From positions 1 through 53,264 of the IMG/VR virus record IMGVR_UViG_3300032315_000109: 53,264 bases of DNA; one strand, given 5' to 3'. Of this stretch, positions 18,525-27,426 are shown one piece after another. The notes below the pieces were generated by a model. That model did no database searches. It worked only from the letters and a program-made list of their open reading frames with translations, and was not told the origin of the DNA. Source of the stretch: a virus (taxonomy: Duplodnaviria > Caudoviricetes). A program made the translations under genes and the position numbers. Numbering within the stretch: position 1 is the stretch's first letter; every line of letters begins with the position of its first letter.

Positions 18525-18818
18525 ATGAAAAACGATTTAAACACAAACAGCGTAGATACACTCGGCATGTTATTGGCTCAGATTGCAGACCTGACTAAAC
18601 AGGCTGATTCAATCAAAGATGCAATGAAGGATGCTGCTACTGCACCTAATGGCTCAAATGTATTTGAAGGTGCTGTATTCAAAGCAACTGTAGTTGAATC
18701 AAACCGCAGCTCAGTAGATTGGAAAGCATTGGCAAAAGATTTGGGTATCACTGAAGAACAGTTGGCTGCTTACACCAAAGCTACCGCAGTCTTCGCAGTC
18801 AAAGTAACTTCACGTTAA
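18525..18818 (+). CDS. Hypothetical phage protein
   Basis: 97 aa; AGGAG RBS; VDTLG.L.AQIA.L coiled N-terminus. Confidence 0.8.
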   Translation: MKNDLNTNSVDTLGMLLAQIADLTKQADSIKDAMKDAATAPNGSNVFEGAVFKATVVESNRSSVDWKALAKDLGITEEQLAAYTKATAVFAVKVTSR

Positions 18819-18834
18819 TAGGGGGGGTTATAAA

Positions 18835-19050
18835 ATGATCGTAGCTGGCAAAACAAAATTTCGTGTTGTTGTTCAACTCACAGAGTATCCATACCTTGAA
18901 GGTTCTTTTGACAATCTTCGTGACGCTGAAGAATGCGTTAAAAAATTGGAAAAAGAAGCTGATGAATGTATGAATATGGATGGCATAATGCTTCAAGAAG
19001 TTACGCAGAAAGGTGATGTAATTTCTTCTAAGTATTTTGATGTTTCATAA
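18835..19050 (+). CDS. Hypothetical protein
   Basis: 71 aa; G-rich RBS. Confidence 0.7.
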   Translation: MIVAGKTKFRVVVQLTEYPYLEGSFDNLRDAEECVKKLEKEADECMNMDGIMLQEVTQKGDVISSKYFDVS

Positions 19051-19364
19051 TGAGAGCAGCTCAATCATATCTTGAGCGCAAGAAAGACTTTTGGGAATGG
19101 CACAAAGCCAACCCAAAGGTCTGGGAATACTTTGAGAGATTCTCTCTTGAGGTTGTGCGCAAAGGTCACAAAAAGATTAGTCATTGGTTGATCATCAATC
19201 GCATTCGGTGGGAAGTGTATTTAGAAACTACTGGTGAAGAATTTAAAATCAGCAATGAATATATAGGTTGGTATGCAAGACTCTGGAGAGCTAAATATCC
19301 AGAACACAAAACCCTTTTTACAATCAAACGAATGCTGGGTGAACCAGCAGAAGCCTTGGAGTAA
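19050..19364 (+). CDS. Hypothetical phage protein
   Basis: WHKANPKVW..FERF...IINRIRWE...FKISNEY...YAR pattern; TAATG coupling. Confidence 0.75.
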   Translation: MRAAQSYLERKKDFWEWHKANPKVWEYFERFSLEVVRKGHKKISHWLIINRIRWEVYLETTGEEFKISNEYIGWYARLWRAKYPEHKTLFTIKRMLGEPAEALE

Positions 19365-19366
19365 TT

Positions 19367-19615
19367 ATGTCAGACAAAAAAGAAATTTCTTATTCAAACC
19401 CTTTTGATGCATTCAATGATGGATGTGATGTTGTCCTAAAAACTCTTGAAGAGTTTATGGAAGAGATGGATCAAACAGAGGGGCTATATGAAGCAAAGTA
19501 TAGCAAGATAAAACGCATGGTTATTGCTATGCGCGCATCTGTTGGTACTCATGGTGAGCCTGAAGAGCAGTCAGCAATTGAAGTGCCACCACAACAAATC
19601 ATTTTGCCTAGCTGA
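19367..19615 (+). CDS. Hypothetical protein
   Basis: 82 aa; GGAG RBS. Confidence 0.7.
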   Translation: MSDKKEISYSNPFDAFNDGCDVVLKTLEEFMEEMDQTEGLYEAKYSKIKRMVIAMRASVGTHGEPEEQSAIEVPPQQIILPS

Positions 19616-19619
19616 TCAA

Positions 19620-19788
19620 TGGGGGAAAGCTTCACTAAGCCGTTTCCAGCGGGACTCCTAGTCTTGGTGTTTAGTGTAGTCAGTACCCCACCAATTAAGC
19701 CCAGCCAGAGGTGGCTAATTCCTTCCCCACTTCGGTGGAAAATAACACTGGCAGCGGGGTGGCTTTTTCAAAGTTGGGTTGACCCCGC
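19620..19788 (+). ncRNA. Structured RNA cluster, part 1 (three elements: 19620-19693, 19704-19752, 19754-19788)
   Basis: GGGG/CCCC stem with GAA/AGTA internal loop and CACTAAGC/GTTTAGTG stem, ending ACCA; GCCAG/CTGGC stem with CCAC-TTCG-GTGG; GCGGGGT/ACCCCGC stem. Confidence 0.6.
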
Positions 19789-19802
19789 ATCATTAAAAAT
19801 AT

Positions 19803-19832
19803 TTACATTGAATTTTAATATAGGGTTATAAT
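19803..19832 (+). promoter_or_regulatory. Promoter with operator driving the leaderless peptide and RNA cluster part 2
   Basis: TATAAT at 19827-19832; operator TTTAAT-ATAGG-GTTATA at 19814-19830. Confidence 0.65.
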
Positions 19833-19837
19833 TTATT

Positions 19838-19921
19838 ATGGAAAGTGACATCTCAGAAAGTGCTGCATTGTTTGGGGCATTAGGAGCAATCATTGCTTGG
19901 TTGCTTGGCAAGAGAGGTTAA
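19838..19921 (+). CDS. Leaderless 27-aa hydrophobic peptide
   Basis: MESDISESAALFGALGAIIAWLLGKRG; ATG 5 nt after the -10 box, no RBS. Confidence 0.5.
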   Translation: MESDISESAALFGALGAIIAWLLGKRG

Positions 19922-19925
19922 CAGC

Positions 19926-20156
19926 CTGAGAGTTAGGATGTTGTATTTGTTTACGGCATAGCAAAAGCGATGGGACTCCTTTCCCTAGCTCTCAGCCTTT
20001 TAGCCCAAGACGCATGAGGATTGCCGTTGAGACTACTTGATGGAGCGCACAGTCCTCAGCCGTGTTGGGTGTTAAGCCAGCATTCGAGGATGTTGACGCA
20101 AATAGTTTTCTGGCTTTCCTATTTGCCTTAGTTGAAGACTAAATCGAGCCTGACAC
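19926..20156 (+). ncRNA. Structured RNA cluster, part 2 (three multi-branched elements: 19926-19995, 20003-20070, 20069-20156)
   Basis: 12-bp CTGAGAGTTAGG/CCTAGCTCTCAG; CCCAA..TGAGGATTG/CAGTCCTCA..TTGGG; four-stem cloverleaf with GCAAATAG/CTATTTGC. Confidence 0.65.
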
Positions 20157-20187
20157 ATTACATACAGCAAACTATTCGGAGATTGCT

Positions 20188-20787
20188 TTGAACTTTGAAA
20201 ACCTGTTTCCTACAGCAGTTGGGCGCTTAGATTTAAATAAGCCCTTCACAAAAAAGGAAATTCAATTCATCAATGACTTGAAGCGCCGCCCAAATGTAGG
20301 CAATGAAACTTCTGAAAACAGTTACATATTCAAATCAAAAGAACTCAAGCGAGTCTCAGACTTTATAGATAAAGCTGTCAATGATTACTTTAAAAGAGTA
20401 TTCGCACCTGAAAGAAATGTCAGGCTGTATGTTACCCAATCATGGGCTAACTACAGCAAGACTGGTCAGTTCCACCACAAACACAAACACCCAAACAGCA
20501 TTGTGTCTGGAGTGCTGTATGTAAATGCAGTACCAGAGATTGATAGGATTTATTTCTACAATGACAATGAGCCAATGCTAGACATAACTACTAAAGACTG
20601 GAATGTCTGGAACTCTAAAAGTTGGTGGTTGCCTGTGGCTACAAACAACATTGTCCTTTTCCCATCAACCCTGACTCATATGGTTGAGAATGTGATCAAT
20701 GCTGATGAGAGGGTAAGCATATCGTTTAACACATTTGTTATCGGTGAGCTTGGTGAAGAGAAATCTTTGACGGAGTTAATTCTATGA
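20188..20787 (+). CDS. 2OG-Fe(II) oxygenase-like protein (TIGR02466-type)
   Basis: LFPT start, SWAN...HHKHKHPNSIVSGVLY, LFPSTLTHMV, RVSISFN. Confidence 0.85.
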   Translation: MNFENLFPTAVGRLDLNKPFTKKEIQFINDLKRRPNVGNETSENSYIFKSKELKRVSDFIDKAVNDYFKRVFAPERNVRLYVTQSWANYSKTGQFHHKHKHPNSIVSGVLYVNAVPEIDRIYFYNDNEPMLDITTKDWNVWNSKSWWLPVATNNIVLFPSTLTHMVENVINADERVSISFNTFVIGELGEEKSLTELIL

Positions 20788-20948
20788 TGCGATTCTGGGT
20801 ATATGATGAAGACGACTTGCTGATCCGCAAGTTTGATGACAAGTTCTCAGCAGAAAAGTTCCTGCAAAAAGGTTGGTACATTGTGGTGCAGCCGATGGAA
20901 AAGAAGCCATTGCCGACACCAGAGACTCATGGTGAGTCGAGATGGTAA
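20784..20948 (+). CDS. Hypothetical protein (54 aa), not in the ORF track
   Basis: MMRFWVYDEDDLLIRKF...; ATGA overlap; GGAG RBS. Confidence 0.6.
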   Translation: MMRFWVYDEDDLLIRKFDDKFSAEKFLQKGWYIVVQPMEKKPLPTPETHGESRW

Positions 20949-20961
20949 AGGAGAAGAATAG

Positions 20962-21594
20962 TTGAGCTACATAATTGCATCACTACCGCCGATTAAATGT
21001 TTTGTACGTAGAGAGTTCTTGTACAACCACACTAAAGGTCATGGCGAGTTAGAACCTGCAATCTGGGTCAGTATCAAAGCATTGCGCGGTCAGGTATTTC
21101 GCATTGAGTCGCTGCTACCAAACTATGGTGCGCTGTACGACAAATTGCCAATTCACGCTTACGTTTGGAAGGAAGACTATGGAAATTTACCTATTGATAC
21201 ATTACAACTATGGGACTGCATGGGTTATCGGTTTACCGTATGTGAAAAGATTGGGCTACGTAACTTAGGTGTGAAGTTCTTGGGTAAAGACAAAGAGTGG
21301 CATTTTGGCAACTATATGTTCACAGTAGATTTTTGTGCTGATGGCATGGAAGTTGATACAGGCTTTACTGAGCAAGCTGAAGAGCATAAGAGCTTTAACT
21401 TTATACGGCTAAAGAATGGTCAGTTTGCCGCCCAGCCAAACAATCGTTGCCTGTGGTACGACCAGAGCCTGATACCTGCTGAGGTTAAGTTTCCTGACTT
21501 TCAAGCAGCACTAAACTTTTACACAGTTGATGGCACTCGTAAGTGGTCAGCAGGGGATGATTGGTTCTATGACATTCATGAGAGAAGTGTATGA
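20962..21594 (+). CDS. Hypothetical phage protein
   Basis: 210 aa; AAGGAG RBS before TTG; LQLWDC, EHKSFN and AAQPNNR motifs. Confidence 0.8.
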   Translation: MSYIIASLPPIKCFVRREFLYNHTKGHGELEPAIWVSIKALRGQVFRIESLLPNYGALYDKLPIHAYVWKEDYGNLPIDTLQLWDCMGYRFTVCEKIGLRNLGVKFLGKDKEWHFGNYMFTVDFCADGMEVDTGFTEQAEEHKSFNFIRLKNGQFAAQPNNRCLWYDQSLIPAEVKFPDFQAALNFYTVDGTRKWSAGDDWFYDIHERSV

Positions 21595-21794
21595 AGTTCT
21601 ACATTATTTTAGGTGTCTGTTTGATAATCATAGGTGTTGTATCAGGTGTAAAGGATGCCATGAAAGAAGAGTATAAACGTGGCTATGTAGCAGGGGCAAA
21701 CTCACTTACAACCAAGCAGGTAGATGACATGTGTGTACAGTGGTGGTTTGAGTCTAATTTAACAGCAGCAAAGAAAAGGGTGTGTGGAAAATGA
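21591..21794 (+). CDS. Small protein with N-terminal transmembrane segment
   Basis: Hydrophobic N-terminus; two Cys residues. Confidence 0.65.
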   Translation: MKFYIILGVCLIIIGVVSGVKDAMKEEYKRGYVAGANSLTTKQVDDMCVQWWFESNLTAAKKRVCGK

Positions 21795-21976
21795 AAGCAT
21801 TTCCAATAAAAAATGCAGCTTTGCCTGAAGAAAATCATGGTATGGATTTACGTGATTACTTTGCAGCTAAAGCTATGCCTGAAGTACGTTGGACAAGAGC
21901 AGCAGATGAAATATTAAAAAGCGCAAGGGACTGCTACGTAATAGCAGACGCAATGATGGAAGCGAGGCAGAAATGA
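21791..21976 (+). CDS. Small phage protein (RDYFAAKAM type)
   Basis: AFP...GMDLRDYFAAKAM...CYVIADAMMEAR. Confidence 0.75.
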   Translation: MKAFPIKNAALPEENHGMDLRDYFAAKAMPEVRWTRAADEILKSARDCYVIADAMMEARQK

Positions 21977-22356
21977 AGAAACATGCAGAACTAATCAAAG
22001 CTTGGGCTGATGGCGCAATCATACAAGTCAAATATGAAACAGCTCCAGATTGGAAAGATGTAGATGTACCAAAGTGGACTGACAACCTTGAGTACCGTAT
22101 CAAACCAAAGGAAGAAGAAGATAAGGTTGAATACTATTATGTAAATGCAAACACTCACATTTACAAAGTATTTGAAGCTGAAAATGCTGACTTTAAGATT
22201 GTCTTTGATGGCAAGACCCATGCAGTCAAGAAGATTGTCATTAAGAACCATGAATGGATAAAAACAATAGCCCCTACCGAAAAAGAGCTAAAGCAACCAC
22301 AACTTCCAGCTCTTACGAATGGGATCATGAATAGTTACATTGAGAGCCGAGCTTAA
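21973..22356 (+). CDS. Hypothetical phage protein
   Basis: KHAELIKAWADGA.IQ...W...P.W...EYRIKP pattern. Confidence 0.75.
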   Translation: MKKHAELIKAWADGAIIQVKYETAPDWKDVDVPKWTDNLEYRIKPKEEEDKVEYYYVNANTHIYKVFEAENADFKIVFDGKTHAVKKIVIKNHEWIKTIAPTEKELKQPQLPALTNGIMNSYIESRA

Positions 22357-22357
22357 A

Positions 22358-22585
22358 ATGAGAGTATGCACAATAAGTTGGAATGGTAACTCAGATGTTA
22401 CCAAAATTACATTTAGTCAAGAATTTGAAACATCAGAATGGATAGTTCGTGCTGATGTATTACAAGATGCAATTGCTGAGCTAACTGATTTGTATAACCA
22501 TGTACTTACCAAAGAGGCAAGGGTTTGGCATGAAAAAAATCAGAAGAAACCCAAAAAGGAATCTGTTACACTATCGACATCTTAG
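22358..22585 (+). CDS. Hypothetical protein
   Basis: ORF between the accessory genes and terminase; ATG 1 nt after the upstream stop. Confidence 0.6.
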   Translation: MRVCTISWNGNSDVTKITFSQEFETSEWIVRADVLQDAIAELTDLYNHVLTKEARVWHEKNQKKPKKESVTLSTS

Positions 22586-22600
22586 TGACACGGAGACTGA

Positions 22601-23152
22601 ATGATGTCTGAGTCAAGTAAAACTATTGCTACAGCGCAAAAGAAGCAGCCAAAAAAGATGGGCAACATCTCTACCTATACCAAAGAGATAGCTCAAGAGA
22701 TATGTGAGCGACTCTCTGATGGTGAGCCACTACGTCAGATATGCAGATCAGAAGGTATGCCAGCTTGGCGCACTGTGTATGACTGGATGTATAAGGATGA
22801 TGCTTTGGGTGCTGAGGGTGTCGGACTTTCCGCAGCCATCGCGCATGCGCGAGACGTGGGTTATGACGCAATTGCTGAAGACCTGCTCAACATAGCTGAC
22901 ACTCCGCTGATTGGTGAGGAAGAGACTAGCAGCTCAAATGGCTTGACCATTACACGCAAAGACATGCTTGGTCACCGCAAGCTACAGATTGAAACTCGAT
23001 TAAAATTATTAGCTAAATGGAATCCAAAGAAGTATGGTGACAGGCAAATCTTATCTGGTGATGCTGACAACCCGTTGGTTGTTGATACTAGCTTCTTTCA
23101 GGACTTGGCTAGTAAGTTTGAAGACCTCAAGCGTAAAGGAGAAAGCAAATGA
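22601..23152 (+). CDS. terS: Terminase small subunit (Sf6/P22-like)
   Basis: YTKEIAQEICERLSDGEPLRQIC...MPAWRTVYDW...KLQIETRLKLLAKWNPKKYGD. Confidence 0.88.
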   Translation: MMSESSKTIATAQKKQPKKMGNISTYTKEIAQEICERLSDGEPLRQICRSEGMPAWRTVYDWMYKDDALGAEGVGLSAAIAHARDVGYDAIAEDLLNIADTPLIGEEETSSSNGLTITRKDMLGHRKLQIETRLKLLAKWNPKKYGDRQILSGDADNPLVVDTSFFQDLASKFEDLKRKGESK

Positions 23153-23397
23153 TGACAGACGAAGAGCTGTTGATGCATTGTTACAACTCCCTAATAGGCG
23201 AGTATGGCGAGATAGCCAATACCTTGCTTGTGGAGACACTGAAGCTGCGCCTAGCAAAGCAATACGCATCCCAATTGAAACCCACTGGGTTTTCGATAAC
23301 CAAGATGGGGACGACTCAGTTGGCTATGACCACCGAATTACCCGTATCTCCAGCAAAGCTAAGATGCATCACTAACTCACCTTGGCATAAAGAATGA
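23149..23397 (+). CDS. Hypothetical protein between terS and terL
   Basis: 4-nt overlaps at both ends; AAGGAG RBS. Confidence 0.6.
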   Translation: MMTDEELLMHCYNSLIGEYGEIANTLLVETLKLRLAKQYASQLKPTGFSITKMGTTQLAMTTELPVSPAKLRCITNSPWHKE

Positions 23398-24863
23398 GTG
23401 ATGTAGCAGAGCTATTGCGTGATCCTGAAGTACAGAAGCGCTTCAGCTCACTTCCAGCCAATGAGCAGGTTGCATATGCTTGGCGGCTCAAATGGCTCAG
23501 CACAGCATTCCAACATCAGATAGTCCCAAGCGGGGACTGGTGGACAATCTGGCTGATACTAGCTGGTCGTGGTGCAGGTAAGACTCGCACAGCAGCCGAG
23601 CAGATAGGTTGGTGGGCATGGACAGAACCAAAGACTAGATGGTTAGTTGCAGCCCCGACATCGAGTGATGTGAGAGCTACATGCTTTGAGGGTGACTCAG
23701 GCTTGCTGTCCGTGATACCTCATCAGCTCATCAAAGAATACAAGACACAGCCGCATGAGATATACCTGACCAATGGCAGCCTGATCAAGGGCATCCCTGC
23801 TTCAGAGCCAGAGCGATTTCGTGGCCCACAGTTCCATGGGGGTTGGATGGATGAGTTGGCAGCATGGGACTATATGCAAGAAGCTTGGGACATGTCGATG
23901 TTTGGCATGCGACTAGGCAAGCGCATCAGGCTGATAGCATCCACCACACCCAAACCTAAAGACCTGATCAGGCAACTCATTAAGCGTGAGAATAAGGATG
24001 TGATCCTGACGCGCGCTTCTACTTATGACAACATTGAGAACCTAGCACCTGAGTTCAAGAAGCAGGTGTTGCAATATGAGGGGACTAAGCTAGGTCGGCA
24101 GGAGATTTACGCTGAGGTGATTGACCCTGAAGAGGATGGCATCATCAAGCGCAGTTGGATCAAGGTATGGCCTCACGACAAGCCACTGCCAAGCTTTGAG
24201 TTCATTGTCATGAGCCTAGACACTGCATTTACTGAAGCCTCGGTTGACAAGAAGGGTGAGGCTGACCCAACTGCATGCTCGGTATGGGGTGTGTTCCGCC
24301 ACGAGAAGAAAGCATGCATGATGCTGCTTGACTGTTGGGAAGAACACTTAGGCTTGCCTGATCTGATCACTCGTGTGAAGCAGGAGATGAAAGTCCAGTA
24401 TGGCGATGGCGACATGAAGCCAATGATCAAGCCATTGGTTGGCCCGAAAACTTCCTACCTTGTGGGCAAAGCAATTGACGTTCTGCTAATTGAGGATAAG
24501 GGATCAGGCATAAGTTTGCGCCAAATGCTATCAAGAGAAGGTATCATGGCATACCCATACAACCCCGGACGGGCTGACAAGTTGGCAAGGCTGCATTCAG
24601 TCTCGCACATCTTTTTCCATGGTCATGTTTGGATGGTTGAGTCGGAGAAGCGCCCCAAGAACTTCAAGACATGGGCAGAGCCATTGGTCTCGCAGCTTTG
24701 CAGTTTCACAGGTGAGAAGTCTATTAAGCATGATGACTTGATGGATTCAGCAACCCAAGCTGTGCGTTTTTTAAGTGACAAGCAAATGTTATCAGTTACA
24801 ATACCGATTGCTGAGCGGTTACCAAAGCCAGTAGTCGAACGAATTAATCCTTATGCGATTTAA
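23394..24863 (+). CDS. terL: Terminase large subunit
   Basis: Walker A AGRGAGKT, FRGPQF..GWMDE, STTPK, nuclease SLDTA and HDDLMD. Confidence 0.95.
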   Translation: MSDVAELLRDPEVQKRFSSLPANEQVAYAWRLKWLSTAFQHQIVPSGDWWTIWLILAGRGAGKTRTAAEQIGWWAWTEPKTRWLVAAPTSSDVRATCFEGDSGLLSVIPHQLIKEYKTQPHEIYLTNGSLIKGIPASEPERFRGPQFHGGWMDELAAWDYMQEAWDMSMFGMRLGKRIRLIASTTPKPKDLIRQLIKRENKDVILTRASTYDNIENLAPEFKKQVLQYEGTKLGRQEIYAEVIDPEEDGIIKRSWIKVWPHDKPLPSFEFIVMSLDTAFTEASVDKKGEADPTACSVWGVFRHEKKACMMLLDCWEEHLGLPDLITRVKQEMKVQYGDGDMKPMIKPLVGPKTSYLVGKAIDVLLIEDKGSGISLRQMLSREGIMAYPYNPGRADKLARLHSVSHIFFHGHVWMVESEKRPKNFKTWAEPLVSQLCSFTGEKSIKHDDLMDSATQAVRFLSDKQMLSVTIPIAERLPKPVVERINPYAI

Positions 24864-24867
24864 GACT

Positions 24868-27417
24868 ATGCAAAATTCAATGACACCAGAAGACGAAGAA
24901 TACGAACAGGACAAGAAGGACTCTGATCCTACAGGTGAGATATTCGAGGTTGAGGAAGACGACGATATCAAAGAGACTGAGGATGGTGGAGCTATTGTCA
25001 AGATTGATGATCGTCCATTGCTTGGTGACTCTGAGTTCTATGCCAACCTAGCTGAAGACATGTCTGAGGGTGAGCTGTCCATCATTGGCTCTGCATTGGC
25101 TGAGCTAGTTGAGAAAGACAAGCAAGCTCGTGAGAAGCGAGACAAGCAGTATGAGGAAGGTATCCGCCGCACTGGTCTTGGTGATGATGCCCCCGGAGGT
25201 GCTGGATTCCAAGGCGCATCAAAGGTTGTCCACCCAATGCTGACTGAGGCATGCGTAGACTTCTCAAGCCGTGTGATGAAGGAGATATTCCCACCGACAG
25301 GCCCTGCCAAAGAAAAGATTTATGGCAAGATGACCAAGCCGAAGTATGAGAAAGCACAGCGCATTACAAGATTCTTAAACTGGCAGATGACACGCCAGAT
25401 GCCTGACTTCCGAGCAGAGCTAGAGCAGATGTCAACCCAGATGCCACTCGGTGGCGTTCAATACATCAAGGTTACTTGGAATAAGCGCACCAAGCGCCCT
25501 AACCCAATGTTCGTGAGTGTAGATGATGTGTATCTGCCATATGCGGCAACCAACTTCTACCAAGCTGAGCGCAAGACTCATGTTCAGTACATCACAAGCT
25601 TAGAGTACAACCGCCGTGTAAGCTCAGGCATGTACCGAGATGTAGATATAATTGCTTCACCTATTACACCAGAGACCTCAGCTTCAGAGCGAGCCAATGA
25701 CAAGATTGAAGGTCGCTCGGCTGATGGTTACAATGCTGATGGTCTGCGCACCATCTTTGAAATCTACGTTCAGTATGATGTTGAAGGTGATGAGCCAGCT
25801 CCTTACATCATTACCATTGACAAAACCACACAGCGAGTCCTGTCCATTTACCGTAACTGGGAAGAGGATGATGAGCTACAAATGGAACTGCATTGGATTA
25901 TTGAGTTCCCATTCCTGCCATGGCGTGGTGCATACCCAATCGGTCTGACCCATATGATCGGTGGCTTGAGTGCAGGTGCTACTGGTGCTTTGCGCTCTCT
26001 GCTTGACTCTGCTCACATCAACAACTTCCCCGGACTTATCAAGCTCAAGGGTGGTGCGGGTGGTCAGACTGATCGAGTTGATCCAACTGAAATCAAAGAG
26101 ATTGAAGGCTCGTTTGGTCAGGATGATATCCGCAAGGTCATGATGCCACTGCCATTCAATGCTCCAAGCCCTGTGCTATTTAGCTTGCTTGGCTTCTTAG
26201 TTGATGCAGCCAAGGGCGTTGTTCGTACTACATTTGAAGAGCTGTCTGACACAAACAACAACACACCAGTAGGAACTACCCTCGCTCGTATGGAGCAGGG
26301 CATGGTCGTGTTCAGCTCAATCCATGCTCGTGTCCATGATGCGATGGGTAGGCTGCTTGAGCTGCTGTACCGCATCAACAAGTATTACATGGATGAGCAA
26401 GAAATCTATGATGAGACGGGCGAGTTGCTTGCTTATCGCAAAGACTTTGAAGGCCCGATTGATGTAATCCCTGTCAGCGATCCTAACATCTATTCTGAGA
26501 CACAACGCTTTGCTCAGGTACAGGCAGTAATGCAGCGCGCCCAAGCAATGCCAATGATCTATGATGTTCGCAAGGTAGAGGAGATGTTCCTCAAGCAGCT
26601 CAAAGTTCCTGATGGTGACTCTCTGTTATTGCCTAAGCCTGAAGTTCAGGAGATGAATGCTGTAAGTGAGAATCTAGCAGCAACAATGGCAAGACCAATT
26701 GCTGCATTCCCAGATCAGGATCATCTTGCTCACTTGCAGGTTCACTTAGACTTTATGAAGTCACCAGTGTTAGCTGCAAACCGTGTGTCAGGGCCTAAAG
26801 CTTTGCCTATCTTGCTTGAGCATATACGTGAACACATGGTTCTATTCTATGTTAATCACACTATTGATGTGGCATCAGAGGCTGCTGGCTCTAATATAGC
26901 TGAGCTACAAAAAAATATGAATACAGAAGAAAAGAAAGAGTTTGACAAGATGTTGGCAGCAGCAAGCCAGTCTGTTGTTGTTGAAACCAATGAAACTCTG
27001 CAACAAATTCCTCAGATCATGGAAGAGACAATTAAATTCTTACAATCATTGCAGCCACAGCCTCAAGACCCACGGGTTGAGATGGCTAAGGCTGATTTGC
27101 AGCGCAAGCAAGCAGCAGATCAAGCCAAGGCTCAAATGGATCAGACTAAGATGCAATCGGATGCACAGTCAGAGCAAGTTAAGATGCAAGCTGATCAGGC
27201 TAAACTTGCTCTTGATCAGCAACTTGAGCAAATGCGCTTACAGATTGAGACTCTCAAGCAGGATCGTGAAGACCAACGCAAGCAGATTGAGATTGCAGCT
27301 CGTATGAAAATGAACATGGACGACAATGACACAGCTAAGCAACTGGCTGCGCTAGAAGTTGCGTCTGGTGAAAAGATTGCTGTGTCAACAGGCACAGGCA
27401 TAAACCCCAATCCATAG
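24868..27417 (+). CDS. Portal protein (podovirus/P22-like, with C-terminal coiled barrel)
   Basis: About 850 aa directly after terL; VVHPMLTEA motif; Gln/Lys-rich C-terminal coil; exact start uncertain. Confidence 0.88.
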   Translation: MQNSMTPEDEEYEQDKKDSDPTGEIFEVEEDDDIKETEDGGAIVKIDDRPLLGDSEFYANLAEDMSEGELSIIGSALAELVEKDKQAREKRDKQYEEGIRRTGLGDDAPGGAGFQGASKVVHPMLTEACVDFSSRVMKEIFPPTGPAKEKIYGKMTKPKYEKAQRITRFLNWQMTRQMPDFRAELEQMSTQMPLGGVQYIKVTWNKRTKRPNPMFVSVDDVYLPYAATNFYQAERKTHVQYITSLEYNRRVSSGMYRDVDIIASPITPETSASERANDKIEGRSADGYNADGLRTIFEIYVQYDVEGDEPAPYIITIDKTTQRVLSIYRNWEEDDELQMELHWIIEFPFLPWRGAYPIGLTHMIGGLSAGATGALRSLLDSAHINNFPGLIKLKGGAGGQTDRVDPTEIKEIEGSFGQDDIRKVMMPLPFNAPSPVLFSLLGFLVDAAKGVVRTTFEELSDTNNNTPVGTTLARMEQGMVVFSSIHARVHDAMGRLLELLYRINKYYMDEQEIYDETGELLAYRKDFEGPIDVIPVSDPNIYSETQRFAQVQAVMQRAQAMPMIYDVRKVEEMFLKQLKVPDGDSLLLPKPEVQEMNAVSENLAATMARPIAAFPDQDHLAHLQVHLDFMKSPVLAANRVSGPKALPILLEHIREHMVLFYVNHTIDVASEAAGSNIAELQKNMNTEEKKEFDKMLAAASQSVVVETNETLQQIPQIMEETIKFLQSLQPQPQDPRVEMAKADLQRKQAADQAKAQMDQTKMQSDAQSEQVKMQADQAKLALDQQLEQMRLQIETLKQDREDQRKQIEIAARMKMNMDDNDTAKQLAALEVASGEKIAVSTGTGINPNP

Positions 27418-27426
27418 GAGAATGAC

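Noticed and set aside
19621-19693. Canonical tRNA (73 nt, GGGG...CCCCACCA)
   Set aside because: No D-arm, anticodon arm or TTC T-arm; it folds as a long hairpin
19619-19831. 70-aa ORF from the track
   Set aside because: No RBS; it overlaps three stable RNA stems and a promoter, so it is better explained as non-coding
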